Shown: positions 27,488 through 45,510 of the stretch, piece after piece
How positions within the stretch are numbered: the stretch's first letter is position 1
Layout of the letters: every line of letters starts with the position of its first letter
Origin: the human T2T-CHM13v2.0 reference genome, Homo sapiens
Assembly: GCF_009914755.1 (NCBI RefSeq)
Contig: NC_060925.1
Length of the DNA stretch: 64,000 nucleotides
Strand: one strand, 5' to 3'
Program-made: the position numbers and the translations under genes
The notes under the pieces: model-generated
What the model was told of the DNA's origin: nothing
Seen by the model: only the letters and a program-made list of their open reading frames with translations
Database searches by the model: none

Positions 27488-27757
27488 GGACGGGCATGGT
27501 GGCTCATGCTTGTAATCCCAACACTTTGGGAGGCCAAGGAGAATCACTTGAGGCCAGGAGTTTGAGACCAGCCTGGCCACCATGGCAAAACCCTGCCTCT
27601 ACAAAAAAATTAGACAGGCATGATGGTGCATGCTTGTAATGTCAGCTACTCAGAAGGCTGAGGCACAAGAATCACTTGAACCCGGGAGGTGGATATTTCA
27701 CTGAGCCAAGATCGTGCTACTGCACTACAGCCTGGGTGACACAGGGAGACCCTGTCA
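27488..27757 (+). mobile_element. AluJ-like SINE fused directly to L1
   Basis: Diverged Alu ending gagaccctgtc with no poly-A before L1 sequence. Confidence 0.9.
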
Positions 27758-29896
<2,139 letters not shown>

Positions 29897-30859
29897 GTAA
29901 AGTCACTCGGCATTAGAAATTCTTCTGAAACTGTATTAAGGTCCCCTGAATGCTACAGGGAGAAAATTCAAGAAGGAAAAGGTACTGAATTTTTTTAAGC
30001 TGCATAAAGAGAAAGATATGTGAGTACAGAAAAAAAAATTGGATTTGACTATCAAGTTATTTTTTGTGTTATTTTAGTGAGAGTTGTTTCAGAAATGAAT
30101 GAGAAAAATGAGTAAGTGGCCAGAAAATGGCAATAGCTTGTATGGACTGTAGTTAGCAGAAATATAGCTGTCAAGGGAAGAACAGAGATAGGGCAAAACA
30201 TCTTGGAAGGCTGTGTAGTAGCAGAAAAAAGTTATTTTAAAAACAGAGGAGACAGGTGCATTTGTGTGCGCACGAGAGAGAAAGACACAGAGAGAGGCTG
30301 AAGGCCAAGAATCGACAAAAAGTTCACAAAGAATGTAGCTTAAAAAAGATCAGATTAGGATTCTAGAGGCATCAGAAAAACATGTGCTCTGGAGAAAAGG
30401 TATAGTTAACCTTAAGGAAGAAAAACACCTCCTGAGACAGGGCAGAAGAGGTGGGAAGATAGGAAAAATAATAATATATCAAGTATAACAAATAAATTTT
30501 GTATCCAAGATTTTTTTATAAAACAGAGAAGCACCAGGCTATCCAGTAATATATGGTTTCTCCAGGAGGCTCTGAGTCAAGTAAAGTGTAATTATTGACT
30601 CTTTCTCCTAAATTAGTGGATTATTCTTTGGACAAGGAAAAAATATGGAAGACATAGAAGTTCAAGAGCAATCATTCAGGCTCAGAGCTTTTAAAATAAA
30701 ATGGTTAAAAATATAAAAGAAAAGGAAAACAGCTGAGGCCATGTTGACCTTACGAGACTTCTAGATCAGGATGACATTTTAGACACAGCTTTGAATTTCA
30801 CTGACACACACACACACACAAAGACACACACACACACCTTTCCCCGTGCAGTGTCTTGC

Positions 30860-33420
30860 TTCATTTTGTTTCCTGCTTTATTACAAACAAATTCAAATTT
30901 AAATTTGACAGAATAAGATATGTACCCATCACTTAGGTGCAATAAATGTTAACATTTTGCCTTAACTGCAAAATTGTATGTATGTTTGTGTCCCTGTATA
31001 AATTTATTGATGAAGCATTTGAAACCGGGTTAGATATCATGATATTTAACCACTAACTACATCAGCATACATCTCCTAAACTAAGAAAAATCTCTTATAC
31101 AGCCTCAATGCCTTTATTATACCCAGAAACATCAAAAATATCTTGATATCCCCCAACATCCAGGCCATACTCAAATTTCCCAAACTGAACAACAAACACA
31201 TTAGTAGTTAGCTTTTTCAAACTAGAATCCAATCAAGGCTTACACACTGCATGTAGTTGTTCTATATCTTTTGCTAATTTTAAACCAGAATAAAACGAAG
31301 CACAGACTGTGGTTTTGTATCCCCTTGACATGGGCATGTTAAAGAGTCTCAAACAACAGCTTTATAAAATTATCACTTTCCTGATTTGCTGTACAGCATT
31401 GTTTAACACATACCTGTGTCTCCTGTACTCCTTATGTATTGGGAATCTGAACAAAAGTCTTGATTACACACAGATAAAACATTTGAGGTAAGGGTAATTC
31501 AAAGGCAGTGATGTTACTTCATAATGCATTACCTCAGGAGGCACACAATGTCAAGCTGTCCACTGTCAGTGAGGTGTAGTTTCATGATGACACTTTTATT
31601 TTAAAGGGTACTTCACCCATTATAAAGAGCAAATATCTGTAGGGTGGTACTTAGGACTCATTCTAATAGAATATTAGCAAATATTCTATTTCCTAAAATG
31701 TTTTTACCTAATGGTTCCAAAATTCATTGATAATTCTTTCCTGAACCAATTATTTCAGGATATCAAAATGGTGACTTCTACTGGTATTATTCCTTCTACA
31801 CTTATTTGCTGGGAATCTTCTGCAATACTCACAGAGCTCGTCCTTTAAAACACAATACGGTTGTCATTTGGGCTATTCACCAATAGTCTGGTGTTTGTGT
31901 TTTTTTTTCCTTCTGCATACATAACGGGTGTATTAATCAGTTTTTGCATCGGTAACAAACAATCCGGAATCTTAGTTGCATATAATGACACAGATTTCTT
32001 GCTCACAGGTCTGTGATTTGGCTGAGGCCCAGCTGTGGCTCTGGTGTGCTTTGTTCCAGTCCCTAGTTTGGCATTACATATCTCTCACACCAGAACTCCG
32101 AATAAAGAAGCAATGGCTCCTTGGGATCCGCTCCTCTTTTACTGGATGGTATGAGTGCCAAAGAGTGAAAGCATGAGACACCTCCCTAAGTGAGTATGAC
32201 ATGAATCGGAACGCTTGTAACCCCAGGAGAGACACGCAGTGAAAGTGAAAAATACACTTTTTAGCTTTGAGCCACCGAGATTTTGAGGTTGTTTGTTACT
32301 GCAGCATAACCTCTCTATCCTGACAAATACAAACAGGGTGCAGCTTAATTATTTCCTTTTAATTACTAATTTTCAGAGTAAGGAGTTGGTGTACTAATAA
32401 CCTCTACTGTGGCAAATAATCTTATATTTTATCTTTCCCTTTTTCCTTTTTTTGAATGTCATTTTGGACTTGGACATTTTTGTTAATATGATCAATCACA
32501 AACATTATTTTTTTGATGCTCATATTGTCCCAAACTCAGTCAGTGACAGCCCCTTCAAGCTGTACCCTTTTGTCAAGACCCCAATTGTTCTCTAGAAACT
32601 CCTGATACAATAGGAGATCTTAAAATCACTGTAAATATTCCCTGTCTGAAACCTAGAATCAGCCAGTTCCATAAGGAGCCCTAGTTCTTTTTAGAGAGAG
32701 TGGTATTTTAGAAAACAATAACCGAATGTCAGGTGTGCTCAATACTACTGGTTCATAATGGTTTCTAAGTTCTTTCATTGGACAGAGTGGATAAAGCATG
32801 TATTTTCGTTCTCACCCCCACCCTATGTGTGTGTGTGCATGTGTTTGTGTGTGTGTGTGTGGGTGTGTGTGCCACTCTCTGTCTCTGTTTCCCTATCCCT
32901 CTCTCTTTTTCTCCACATATGCACACTCACACATACAGAGAGACTTATAGATTATATGTAGATAAATTAGAGACACATTATATAGATGAATTATATTGCA
33001 TATAATACATGATATACATTATATAGATCATGTGTAGCATTATGTTATATATAATCTTATGTTCATACTAACATTTACAACTTAGATTTGATTTTATAGA
33101 GTTATCTCCCCTCCTAATTTCTTTGTTTCTATATTTATTTCTCTTTTCTCATACATTGAAAACACTGGATCCTGATGTTATTAACCTATTTATTTATTTG
33201 CTTTATTCTAGAATATACGTAAAATAATTTCAAAATTATAATATCAAGAATAAAACTACTGGGTTAAGTTTACGATTTCCTTGAGTACTTTTCATCCTGA
33301 AAAATTGTGCCACCAAAAGACGTATAGTAAAAGGTCCTGTGTGCAAAAGACACTTAATATAATTCCTTTAATTGTACAGTCATGTTATCTATTAGATATG
33401 CAATTCAGTCAATTTTTTAG
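30860..33420 (-). mobile_element. Old L1M 3' region with nested MLT1-type LTR fragments (~31930-32330)
   Basis: Degenerate L1M 3' motifs; ttttgagccaccgagattttgaggttgtttgttactgcagcataac (MLT1 end). Confidence 0.55.
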
Positions 33421-33989
33421 CCTTTAATTAGGAAGACAAGACGTGCAATTTTTCTTACACAAGCATCCTAGGACAGCTTGTTCTCTTGCCCTTCTGTGAC
33501 TGCCTGTGTCATTATCACAGCTATTGTTGTCTTTTGCTCCTAAACTGTCGTCTCGTGCCACAGAGCTGGCTGTCAAAAACGTTAAGGATTAAGTATTCTT
33601 ATTCCAGTTGATGAAAATCCTTCATCATTATAACCCTTGAACCAGATCTAGAAGATTGGATTAGCATGTGTAAAACTGCCATTGAGGGGAAAGCACTCAA
33701 TTGCAAGGAAAATAAGAATCAATGGAGAAATGGAGAAGGAGAAGGAATTACAGCTCCACAGAAAAGGCTAGAGCCCAGCGTGACTGTTGGAAGGAAAGGC
33801 TGGTTATGGACATCCAGTGTTGTAAATACATTCTAGAGAAGGCTGAAGGAGTCAGAAGGCATGATCAACTGTGTTCCAGTCAAACAGAAGCTCAAACAGA
33901 AGGAAATGCATTTACCCCACAACAGAAAAACAACACGGGCAACAACTGATTCTTATTTAGCAGTTACTAGTCCAATAATTTGCTTCTAT

Positions 33990-34170
33990 TAGGTCATTTA
34001 ATTCCTTTGATGAATGTATGTGGTAAGTCCTATGATTGTTTCTATTTTACCAATGAAGAAACTGAGGTAGAGAGAAATATTGTAACTTAACCAACCTCCT
34101 AAAGACTGTAAGTGGCAGAGCCAAGATTCAAACCCAGAGATTCTCAGCCAGAATCCAGCACATCATAGCA
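33990..34170 (-). mobile_element. MIR SINE
   Basis: attttaccaatgaagaaactgagg...gattcaaacccag. Confidence 0.75.
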
Positions 34171-37100
34171 AGCTCTTTCCCCAAGAGCAAGATATTCAGC
34201 TGTGGAAAGCTAAAGAATTATTCAAGACAAATGAGTTCTCTATTGCCTGTATAAACTAGTGATGGGAAGCATTGAGGGAGCCCTCAAAAACCATGTTTTC
34301 AATTCCAGTTAAGCCACTTAATCCCTAAGTAACTGTAGAGTAATTCTTATTTAGAAGCCATCATCTTACTCAATACTACTGCTCAAATAACACACTGTGA
34401 CAATTGTTTTAGGTACAAACACTACTTGATCATATTGTGAGTGTACCTGTGAACACAATTTATATAAATGTATAAATGGGAAAATTATAAGATCTCAGAG
34501 ACCAGTTTGACGTGCTTTTGTAAGCATGTTTTTTTTTCCTAAATTTTTGGTTCTTTGTTTACTTATTTTGTGTGTGTAATTTGATCTACTTCAACACCTG
34601 CGCTCTCAGTTTTCTCTCCTATCCAAGTATCTATACCTAGGCTCCCAGCACATAGCTTGGTTTTAGGTAGAAACCACTCTCTGAGTGTCCTGTGCCAATG
34701 TTATAGACCAGGTAATGACTGCAGGGTGCTCCACTGACAAAGCTGACATTTCAAGGGCACTCTGCCAATTGGAAAGTCAGAACTAAACAAGAAACTGATC
34801 CTATGTATGCAAAGTGTGAGAAAGTATCCTTTCTCTTGGCTCTCAATTTAAAATCATGTCACTGAAACTTAAAAGCCTTTACTGTTTATACCTTTTCCAC
34901 TTCCAGCACAGGAGTTTAAGCCCACAAACATCTGTCCTTGATTTCTACTCAGCTTCTTGGTTATTCCCATGCAGTCAAATCAAACAGAAAAATAAAATAA
35001 ATTAATAAAATAATCATTACTCCTCTGTTCTCTTGCTCTTTGTTGATTTCATTATTCATTTGAAGATATGATTGCAAAGAAAGCAGAAAGAATCTGGGGA
35101 GAGAAGTTAAAGAGTAAAGGGTACAGATCAAGCAAAAAGGCCAGCAGATCTCAATTTGCAGAACACAGAGTCATCTCAGGAGAAAGTTTAGTAATATCAG
35201 TAGTTGCATTAATCTCAGTGACACTAGTTGCTATATCAACCAAAAATCCCAATGGTTTAACACTAAAAAGAAGAATGTTTTGCTCACATTCCAGTCGGAT
35301 GTAAGTGCTCCTGGTTTGGTGGCTCTCTTCCAAGCAGTGACTCAGACACAGTTTCCATCATTTCTCTGGCCATCTATCTTCAAGATTTGTTTGCCAATAT
35401 TGCCACTGGCATCAATATCCAGTAAGCTGACAAGAAAAAGCAGAGAAAGAGCATCTGCTTTTTAACCACCCTGGCCTATAAAAGATGTGTCACAGCCATG
35501 CCCATGCCATTGGCTTCCATTCCCAACTGGAAGCAAGGGAGTCTGAAAGCAGTGGCCCCTGGATGGGAAGCATGACTTGCTGGTGTAAAGTTAGCTGTCC
35601 AGACCACGATTGCTCTAGGAGGATTACTTGGGACACAGTCCTGGGATCCACTTGTTCAGAAAAACAATGGCACTGAGAAGGAACGCAAAGGAACAAAGAT
35701 CAAAGGCTGCCATCTCTCAAAGACCTTGGTTCTCGGCAGAACAAACCAGCCTGAGTCAAAATTGTGAAGTCACCTGCAGAAGGCCTTTCCTCTCTTCTTT
35801 ATGCCTTGCTCCTCTAATGTGTTCTCTTGATAGGCATTTACTATTTTCACGGTGACCCCAAGTTCTTTGGGCCACCCTATTTAGTGGCAATTCTGACCCA
35901 TTCGCTTCATACATTGCTAGGTGACCAGTTAGTCAAGAGCTTAGATGTCTACAGTTGTGTTGAGCCCTGTTTTTGATAACATTTGCATCTTAATGTTCCT
36001 AAATCAATTAACCTGAGGCTATAAAAACTTTGGTCTCCATGAAAACGATTTAGTCATTTCATCATAGTCTAATTTAGGAGAAATCTGACAGGCAGAGAAT
36101 CCTTTGGAAACCCCTCAAGTCACTGTACACAAGTGGCTTCCTATTATGCAGGAGTAAAGTCAACCCACAAATGAAATAGTAAGACTAATAAAATCTCTGT
36201 CATTATCATAGTTATTTATAGCTTACAAGCCCTTTAATATTTACATACAAATAAAAACACCATTATAAAAAAAATACTCTCTGCATTTCCCTGATGAGAA
36301 AACTGAGACTTGGATAATCTAAATTGCTTTCCTAAAGTCACAAGACTTGCAAGGAGTAGGCTAAAGGCTGAAGCCAAGAGACCTTAACTCATAATTCAGT
36401 GCTTCATCATAATTCTGAGGGAAGTTGGCCCTTTCTTGTGATATCCAATATTTCTAAGGTATTTAGCAGTCTCTGTCTTTCAAATTACTTCAAGCTAAAA
36501 GTATCCTGTTGTTCTGTTTTCCAACTTCGTCGTATATTTGAGATTCATTTCCTTGTTTTCTCTATTACCTCAGTCTGTGTTCAGATGTTCTTCTTTCTTC
36601 ATCTGTAAATGTTTCCTGATAGTTAAGTATCTGGGAAAAAAGATTCGTAGTTTGGCAAAAGTTAGATGGCTGGTATTAGTGAATTTGCTTCACAATCCAT
36701 AGAAAGCTGCCCAGATTTATTGCTGTGCATCCTTCCCACCCATCCACCAATCCTCGCCAACCTACAACAAGCGGGTGTTTCACACTTTCCATTCTTTTTA
36801 AATCACAACAGCTAACTGAACAAGTGCTAAACCACAGTGTCGGAAGGTAGCAGGAAAGCCAGTAAAGACCTACGACCTGCCACATATAGTCAAAAGAAGA
36901 CTGTAGTTATAAACAAGATAACAGTAGATTTTTTTCTCAAATACCCATACAAATTCACTCTATTACACAGCAGGGCTGGGGTATATTTGCCACTAACTAT
37001 GCTAAGGAGAAAATCTGCCTCATTTACTCCATTTTCCCAGATTCTTTATTTTGCTCAAGACACTGTTCCATTCTCATTCCGTATCTGTCTCTTTCTCACA

Positions 37101-37296
37101 CCCCTAACTCCTTTCAATTACTCCCTCATAATCTCTGTCCTCCCTTTCATTTTTGTCTTCTAGAAATTCTTACCTAATTATTAATGCTTGTTCCTAATAT
37201 TTCTGCTCATTGCTTACTCTCAAAATGTACCATATTACATCTCTTTTTTTAAAAAAAATGATATTTTATGGTAGTAAAACTGAGAATGAGCTTCTA

Positions 37297-37495
37297 GAGT
37301 TTGCCTTGGCAAACTACAAGCAAAATTCAGCCTGCAATGCAGTTCGATATGGACTCCAAGATGAAAATGTTTTTTACATTCTCAAAGAATGGTAAATAAA
37401 AACAAATAGTAATATTCGACAGAGACAGAAGGACCCAGAAAACCTAAAATATTGTTCTCTGGCCCTTTCTGGAAAAAGCGTCCTAGCCCCCGTTC
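37297..37495. mobile_element. MER58-like hAT-Charlie element
   Basis: ttggcaaactac...aaaacctaaaatattgttctctggccctttctggaaaaag. Confidence 0.6.
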
Positions 37496-38589
37496 TAGAC
37501 TATGTAAAACCTCTGTTCTCTCGTCTATTGCTGTACTCTGTAATCTTTACTATTCTTTGGAATCCTCTCCCCGGTTTATTTACTAAAGTAGAGGCTACAG
37601 TGTTATAGGGCAACCAGATGCAAACAGGAACTGAAACGTAAGGCTCCTAATATCTTTCTTCATGTGGCATGACGATTATTAGAAGAGTTAAAAATCTCCT
37701 TTTATTTCAGTTTTCTGTTTTGAGAGTAACGTATTTTTGTTTACAGAGAACAACCCCTCAGATCACAGCCTTGACCTTCCCAGTGTTTCAGAGGTCCATT
37801 GAAGAACCACCAGCGCACCTCTCTCCCCAGCCCAGTAGAGCAGGAGGAAAACAGGTGAGATGGTGATGACGTTGGAGGCAGCAAGAAGGTTGTGCAGGAG
37901 AAAAGTCTGAATAATTTACCTTCCAGGTGCATCTTAGGTGGTGGCAAGGGATCTTTCCAAACCACATCAAGCTAGAAACTGATTTTATTATTTTTCCCAC
38001 CTTCGAGTGATGCCTCCTCTCTGCTTTTGACTCCCCTGTTAGCAGGCTGAGGTGCAACTGGAGAGGTAAAGTGTCTGGGAGACAGCGATAGCAGTGTCCC
38101 CAGGGAACAGGCTATTGGCATGCTGGTTGTGCTGCCAAGCCTGACTGCTTCTCTGAGACAAGTATCAGAGCCAGAGTATGTTGTGAGTTGGTAACAGCAT
38201 ATCCCGGGAAAGCCTCCACTAAAAATCGTGACCATTATGAGAGGAAATATGCTCCCAGTCAGCAAAACGGTATAAAAGCAAAATAATAGATAAGCAACAA
38301 TACACTGGAACATGCTTTATAGAAAAGACCTACCTAACCGTAGGCACATATTAGCTGTAGAACAAGCTAAATTCACATGCTTAGCCAGAGGCTGTGAGCT
38401 TAGATTTAGGAGACAAACATAACAACATTTCTCCTACTAGAATGTAAGTCCATATAGTGATTTTCATTTTTAAATAAACATTTATTGAGCCTACGTGAAC
38501 TGTTATATTTTAATCTAAAGCTGAGACAGGGTAAGTCACTTGTTAAGCGCCACATGGTTATAAATGACAATACAAAGAATTAGAGGGCC

Positions 38590-38790
38590 ACGGAAAGCCA
38601 GAGAGAGAGAGAACAGATGAATTTAGACAGATGTGGCTTTGACTGTCAAATCTGCTACTTAGAAGCTATGAAATTTTGTCCAAGTTACTCACTTCTCTGA
38701 GCCTTAGTTTTCCCATTTCTAATGTGGGAATAATATCTACTTTTCATGGATTTTGTGAAGATTAGAGGCTGTTTTTCTAATGTGAATGGT
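38590..38790 (+). mobile_element. MIR SINE
   Basis: aagttactcacttctctgagccttagttttcccatttctaatgtgggaataata. Confidence 0.75.
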
Positions 38791-39414
38791 TCATGGCTGA
38801 CCCTTTAGAGAAAAAGAGGAGAGAGGAAGGTGTGTAAGTAAAAAGTGCTTACTCCAGGAAATGCAGGGGTAAGGTCGGCCTGTGTGTCAAGGCATCAGAA
38901 TTTCAGGTAGAGTTACATCCAGATTTCCATGACCTTTGTGGACAAGAGATTAGAAAACATGCAGTTCTCACAGTCACTCCTACTGTGACTATAAGAATTC
39001 ATGGCTACAAAAAACACTTCCATTCTAGGGCCAGGAATTCTGAGCAAAACATTTGCAAGTCAGTCCACTCCAATCTATTGCTTGATGGCCATTCTAGACC
39101 CTCGAAAGCTGTGTGCAAAGGAATGTTCCTTCATTTCTGCCTCTAACTTGAATCTCTTGTTTTCTGACATTCTCAGCTTCTCAAAAGCCTTCTGAACACA
39201 TTCATGTGATGAGAGCTATTTCCTGTCTGAGAATGGAAGTCAGGGAAGGACGAAGGAAAATGCAAGACTAAACTGCCACTGGCCTGGGAGTCTCCACCCA
39301 TTTCCTGCACTGTGGCCACTGCTATAGGTAGTTACCAGGTAATATCTCTTCCTCCAGTTTGCAAAGTCTCTGGTATTATCAGTTATGAAAATGTAATCTA
39401 AAATTGATAGAATA

Positions 39415-40335
<921 letters not shown>

Positions 40336-40450
40336 ATTTCACAATAAAAAATTAATGTAACCCAAATGTGCACGGGGCCCTTAGGGTCGCCTCTGCTCTC
40401 ACGCCACACTATCTTGAGTCAAGTAACAGATCAGTGTCGGCCCTGACTAG

Positions 40451-40920
40451 TGTTATGGTCTGAATGTCTGTGTCCCCACAAAATTCCTATGTTGAAATCC
40501 CAATCCCAATGTGATGGCATGGGGCCATTGGGAGGCAAAGTCTCTGGTATTATCAGTAATGAAAACACAATCTAAAATGGATAGTATCACTTTGGGAAGC
40601 AAGAAAGAATACCTTGGTGAAGCTGATCAGAAATGTAATCTATGACGCAGCAAAACTATTCCCTGTTGGGATCCTTAATGGGATCCCTAATGGGATTTCA
40701 TAAGTGCTCTTATGAAAGAGGGACAAGGAAGTTTGTTCCTTGTTTCCACCACATGAGGACATAGCCATCTATGGGTCAGCAAGTGGGCCCTCACCACACA
40801 CTGTATCTGCCTTGACCTTGGACTTCCCAAGGCTGGATTTCTCATAGCCTCCAGAACTGTGAGAAATAAATTTCTGTTGTTTATAAACCACCAGGTCTGT
40901 GGCACTTTGTTGTAGCAGCC
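40451..40920 (+). mobile_element. MLT1A/MST-type MaLR LTR with an internal foreign insert
   Basis: tgttatggtctgaatgtctgtgtcccc...cctccagaactgtgagaaataaatttctgttgtttataa. Confidence 0.85.
40535..40663 (+). repeat. ~130-bp dispersed copy of 39361-39804 (Alu-free allele)
   Basis: Begins with the same 23 bp (gcaaagtctctggtattatcagt); similarity continues across the Alu insertion point. Confidence 0.9.
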
Positions 40921-41309
40921 CTTTCCCTGGAGTATTCATCTCCCTACTTCTCATGTCACCAACTGAAAGTGCCTTCTTTTTCATCTTAACCAAAGTTAGT
41001 CTGCCCATCAGTCTCTGCTGCAATCTCTTAATCTGTTCCCTTCATAACAAACTCATTACAAACTGCAACAACTTTGTTTACTTGTTTCTGTTTCTTTTCT
41101 TTTTGTCAGTCTCTCCTAGTAGAACACATGCCTCTGGAGAGTCAGGACTTTGTATGTCTTGTTTATTGCAACCTCCCCATCTCTCAGCACAGTGCTTAGT
41201 ATAAAATAGTTGCCAGATATGGTGATAGGAGTGTGATAATAAAAAATGTATCATAAACCCACAATAAAATAATTGCTTTGTTATAAATTGTCATCTTATG
41301 TGCCAAGGC

Positions 41310-41311
<2 letters not shown>

Positions 41312-41341
<30 letters not shown>
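41312..41341. repeat. (CA)n microsatellite
   Basis: Read directly. Confidence 0.9.
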
Positions 41342-41342
<1 letters not shown>

Positions 41343-41739
41343 ACCCCAAGCCCTGCCATTTTTCTGCATGACTCTGGGGTTACACGAGTGGCCTGTCCAG
41401 AATCCCGTCCTCTCTTTCCTTTGAGTTTTCTATCTCCATTAAACTTCTATTTGCCTTTACTGCAACCACTAATCCAGATTTTTTTGTGTGTTTAAAGTAA
41501 TAAATATTCTGTACTTGGAGAATGGCCTAGTATCGTTATAGCGAGTTCACTCAGTTACTCCCACTCTTTTGACTGCTTTTGACCAAGCCAGTAGTCCTCT
41601 ATCCGACTTCTTCACCTCTATGGCCTTCCATGGAAAGCCACTTGCCAGTATCCTAACCCCCTCTGCCTTTGTCCTTCCTTCCCTCCCACACCCCCTCTTT
41701 CCAGGATCTAGATACTTTAACTCTCAGCTTCCTCAGTGT

Positions 41740-43850
41740 TTGCACCCGGGCTGCTAATCATTGCTAGGGAAAATCACACAACTATAAATTCATGACAATA
41801 AACTTCATCTGGTTCTCCACACTGCTCCACAAACTACATTTCCTAGTCAGCTCACTCTTCATATTTTAATAATGATACTTCAAGATTTCTTCACTCCCCT
41901 TATATGTTTGATCCCTCTACATTGGGACACATTCTCAGCAAATAACCCACATTGTTACCTCACAGAAATTATCGAGTCCACTTGTCAGAAACTCATCCAA
42001 TCTCCTAACTGCAGTGGATTGAACAGTGGACCCCAAAAAGACATGCCCAGGTTTTAACATTTAAAACCTATGAATGTGACCTCATTTGTAAAAAGCATCT
42101 TGCAGATGTAATTAATGTAAGGATCTTGAGATGAGATCATTGTAGATTTAGGGCGGGCCTGGAATCCAATGGCAGGCATCCTTACAGAGAAATGCAGAGA
42201 GAGATCTGAGACACAGAAAAGATGGCCAGGTAAAGACAGAGGCAGAGTTTGGAAGTATGCAGACCCAAGCTAAGAAGCTTGTTCAGAGGAGTGAAAATCT
42301 GCTTACATCTTGACCTTGATTTTGGACTTCTGGGTTCCAAAACTTTGACAGAATAAATCTCTGTAATTTCTGAGGCACCCAGTTTGGGGAAATTTGTTAT
42401 GGCATCTCTAGAAAATTCATGATGCTAACTAAGCTGACAACTGCATTTGTACCTGCTCTATCCACCTTCTCTTCAGTTACAGTACTAAGGGTTGAGTCTA
42501 CAGCCAGGTTGTGAACCCAACAATAGGACACTGTGGTTAATGGTGCAAGTCTCAAGCTAGATTGACTGGGTATCAATGCTGTCTCCACCACTTACTATGT
42601 GATGTTGGTTACTCAGAGTACCATTCTATGCCTCAGTTTCCTTATCTCAAAAAAACAGGATAACAATAAAAAGTACCTCTGTAGGAGAGGCTGTGTAGGA
42701 ATTAAATGGAATCATGCCCTCAGAACAGTTACTGAATAAGAGGGGAACAACTTTCATTACTACTATTATCATTATCTCTGACTGCCTCCTCAAATACTAA
42801 ACTATCTATTGATTACTCCTCTCTCTTGTTCCTTCAATGTTTGTCTTTATGAGATAACTTCCATGAGCATTTAAACATTCACTACCATTCCCTGTCAAAC
42901 AAACCACTCCCTAAACCACACACTTCTCCCTCCAGCTCCCATCCCATCCACTAACTCCATTTCACAACAAATGTTTTAATTGTATACACTCCTTGCTTCT
43001 CCTTCCTCACTTCTCACTCACTTGGGAACTCACTAATGTCCACTTCTGTCACTCCACTGAAGCTTCCCTTGACAACCCATGTATTACCAAATCCTAAAGG
43101 AAACGTCGGCCCTTATCAGCAACATTTGACACTATGGCTCGTGCACCCTTTTTTAAAAGCATCTGTTCATTGATTCTGGCCCCAGCCCTCCTAGTTTTCT
43201 TCCTGCCTATCTGGCCAGTCTCATTTGCTCGCTTCTACCTCCTCTGATGATTCCTTAAATGATGGGTTCCTCAGGGCTTCTTCTTAGCCATTCTTCTTTT
43301 CTTATTTTACCTTCTATGAGATATTGACCACTCCCAAGACATCAATTTACTCACAACAGACTGATCATTCCTAACTTGTATTTCTGACCTAGATTTCTCT
43401 TCACAGTTCCAGGCTCATATATCTAGCTGCCCATTAGACATATCTACTGGTACATATTTGACACCTCAAATTCAACATGTCTAAAGTGGAAATACTCATC
43501 TTCCCTGGCCTTTTTGAGAATCTACTTCCACTACCTATCCCCTTTCTCATTAAAAGGCACTTCCATTCACTCATTCGCTCAAGCCAGAAAGCCGGGAATC
43601 ATCCTGGGCTCTCCTTTTCCCTTTGCCTCTTACAGCTGATTTCCACTGAGTCTTATTCATTTGATATATTAAATGACCCTCAGTTTTATCCTCTTCTCTC
43701 TCTTTCTCTCCACTTCTCTAATACAAGCCAACACCATATCACATATACCCTCAAACTGTCTCCAACCTAGCTTCCCTTCAGTCTTTCTCCAAATTCTTCT
43801 GGAATAATCTTTTCAAACTGTATTCCAAACTATAAATCTAAGCCTGGTCA

Positions 43851-43888
<38 letters not shown>

Positions 43889-44300
43889 GCACTCTTCAAA
43901 TCTGTCATTGGCTGGTATTTTCTCTTAGGATAAAATCCTAACTCCTTAAGAAGGTTTATCAGTTCCTCCACAATCTGGCTCTCGGCATTAGATGTCAGTC
44001 TCACAGACTGCCTGGAGTGCTTTTTTTCTCTCCTTCCTTCACAGCTTAATGCCACTTCTTCCAGGAAGCCCTGATGATCCTCCAGCTTCCAGATGTTCCA
44101 TGGTGTTCTCTGTACTTCCCCTAAGAGTGAACCCTCCATAATGTGTTGGGATGACCTAATCAATGTCTGTCTTCCACACTCCAGAGCAAGCAGTTTAAGA
44201 CCCAGAACCATGCCTGTCTTATTCCCAATGCATCTCCAGTGCCTCTCAAAGTTCCGGACCCACAGCAGGCACTTCATAAAGACTGGATGAGTAGATGAAC
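41740..44300 (+). mobile_element. L2 LINE fragments with nested MLT1C/D-like LTR (~42010-42425), MIR (~42525-42770) and (CA)n (~43850-43885)
   Basis: Pyrimidine-rich L2 motifs (ctcaaattcaacatgtctaaagtggaa); LTR motif gcagatgtaattaatgtaaggatcttgagatgagatcat. Confidence 0.7.
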
Positions 44301-44940
44301 TAATGCTATTTTCCTTGGGGAATGATTCGGTACACTTTATACTGTGTTTCTCTAAATTCTGTGTGTATCATGACTGAATTTGTGCATATATATATGTATA
44401 TGTATACATATGTGTGTGTATACATATATAATGATCATAATTAAGAGTTTTTGAATTACAGGAGAAGTAATTAGAATAATTTATCTCTGAACTTTGTCAT
44501 ACAGTACATTTGAAGGAAAGAAATTATTTAATGAAAATCTAGAAATTGGGAGCAGTTTAGTAGCGTGATGCAAGGATCTTAGAGGAAAAGTTTTAAAGGA
44601 CACTATACTCAGGTTAAGACAAGACTATTTAAAAAAATAATTTGTAGCAGATTAGATTCCTTAGAGATCAGCTTGGAAACTATGAAGACATATTCATTTC
44701 AGTTGGAGAACCTAGAGGAGAATAACTTGGGATAGAAAGTGGGCGGACAACAAAATCCAAATTTTAGGAGACTGTTCAATAATACTGCTCAATCTACACA
44801 GTTGGATCATCTGTACTTTAAACACCTTTAACAGATAATCTATTTCTTATTAATGGTATTTCAGATAAAAGTCTGAAATTTTATTTCTCTTCTTGAATAT
44901 ATAGATCATGGATGAGATTTACAGACAACACATGCATTTA

Positions 44941-45438
<498 letters not shown>

Positions 45439-45510
45439 GACTTTACCAAGAAAAAAGATATTTTATTTAGAGTTTGCATTGGAAAAGCTGGCTGGTGACA
45501 TTGTGCAAGC

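Noticed and set aside
35628-35776. Further minus-strand exon candidate
   Set aside because: Acceptor has a purine-rich upstream tract and the donor is weak
37972-38313. 113-aa ORF with hydrophobic N-terminus, faintly like olfactory receptor TM1
   Set aside because: No LHTPMY, MAYDRY or other downstream motifs seen; a nearby 20-nt + strand micro-exon candidate has no partner exons
44059-44067. Isolated GAS motifs TTCCAGGAA (also ~50802 and ~61127)
   Set aside because: Expected by chance at this frequency, mostly inside old repeats, with no supporting cluster
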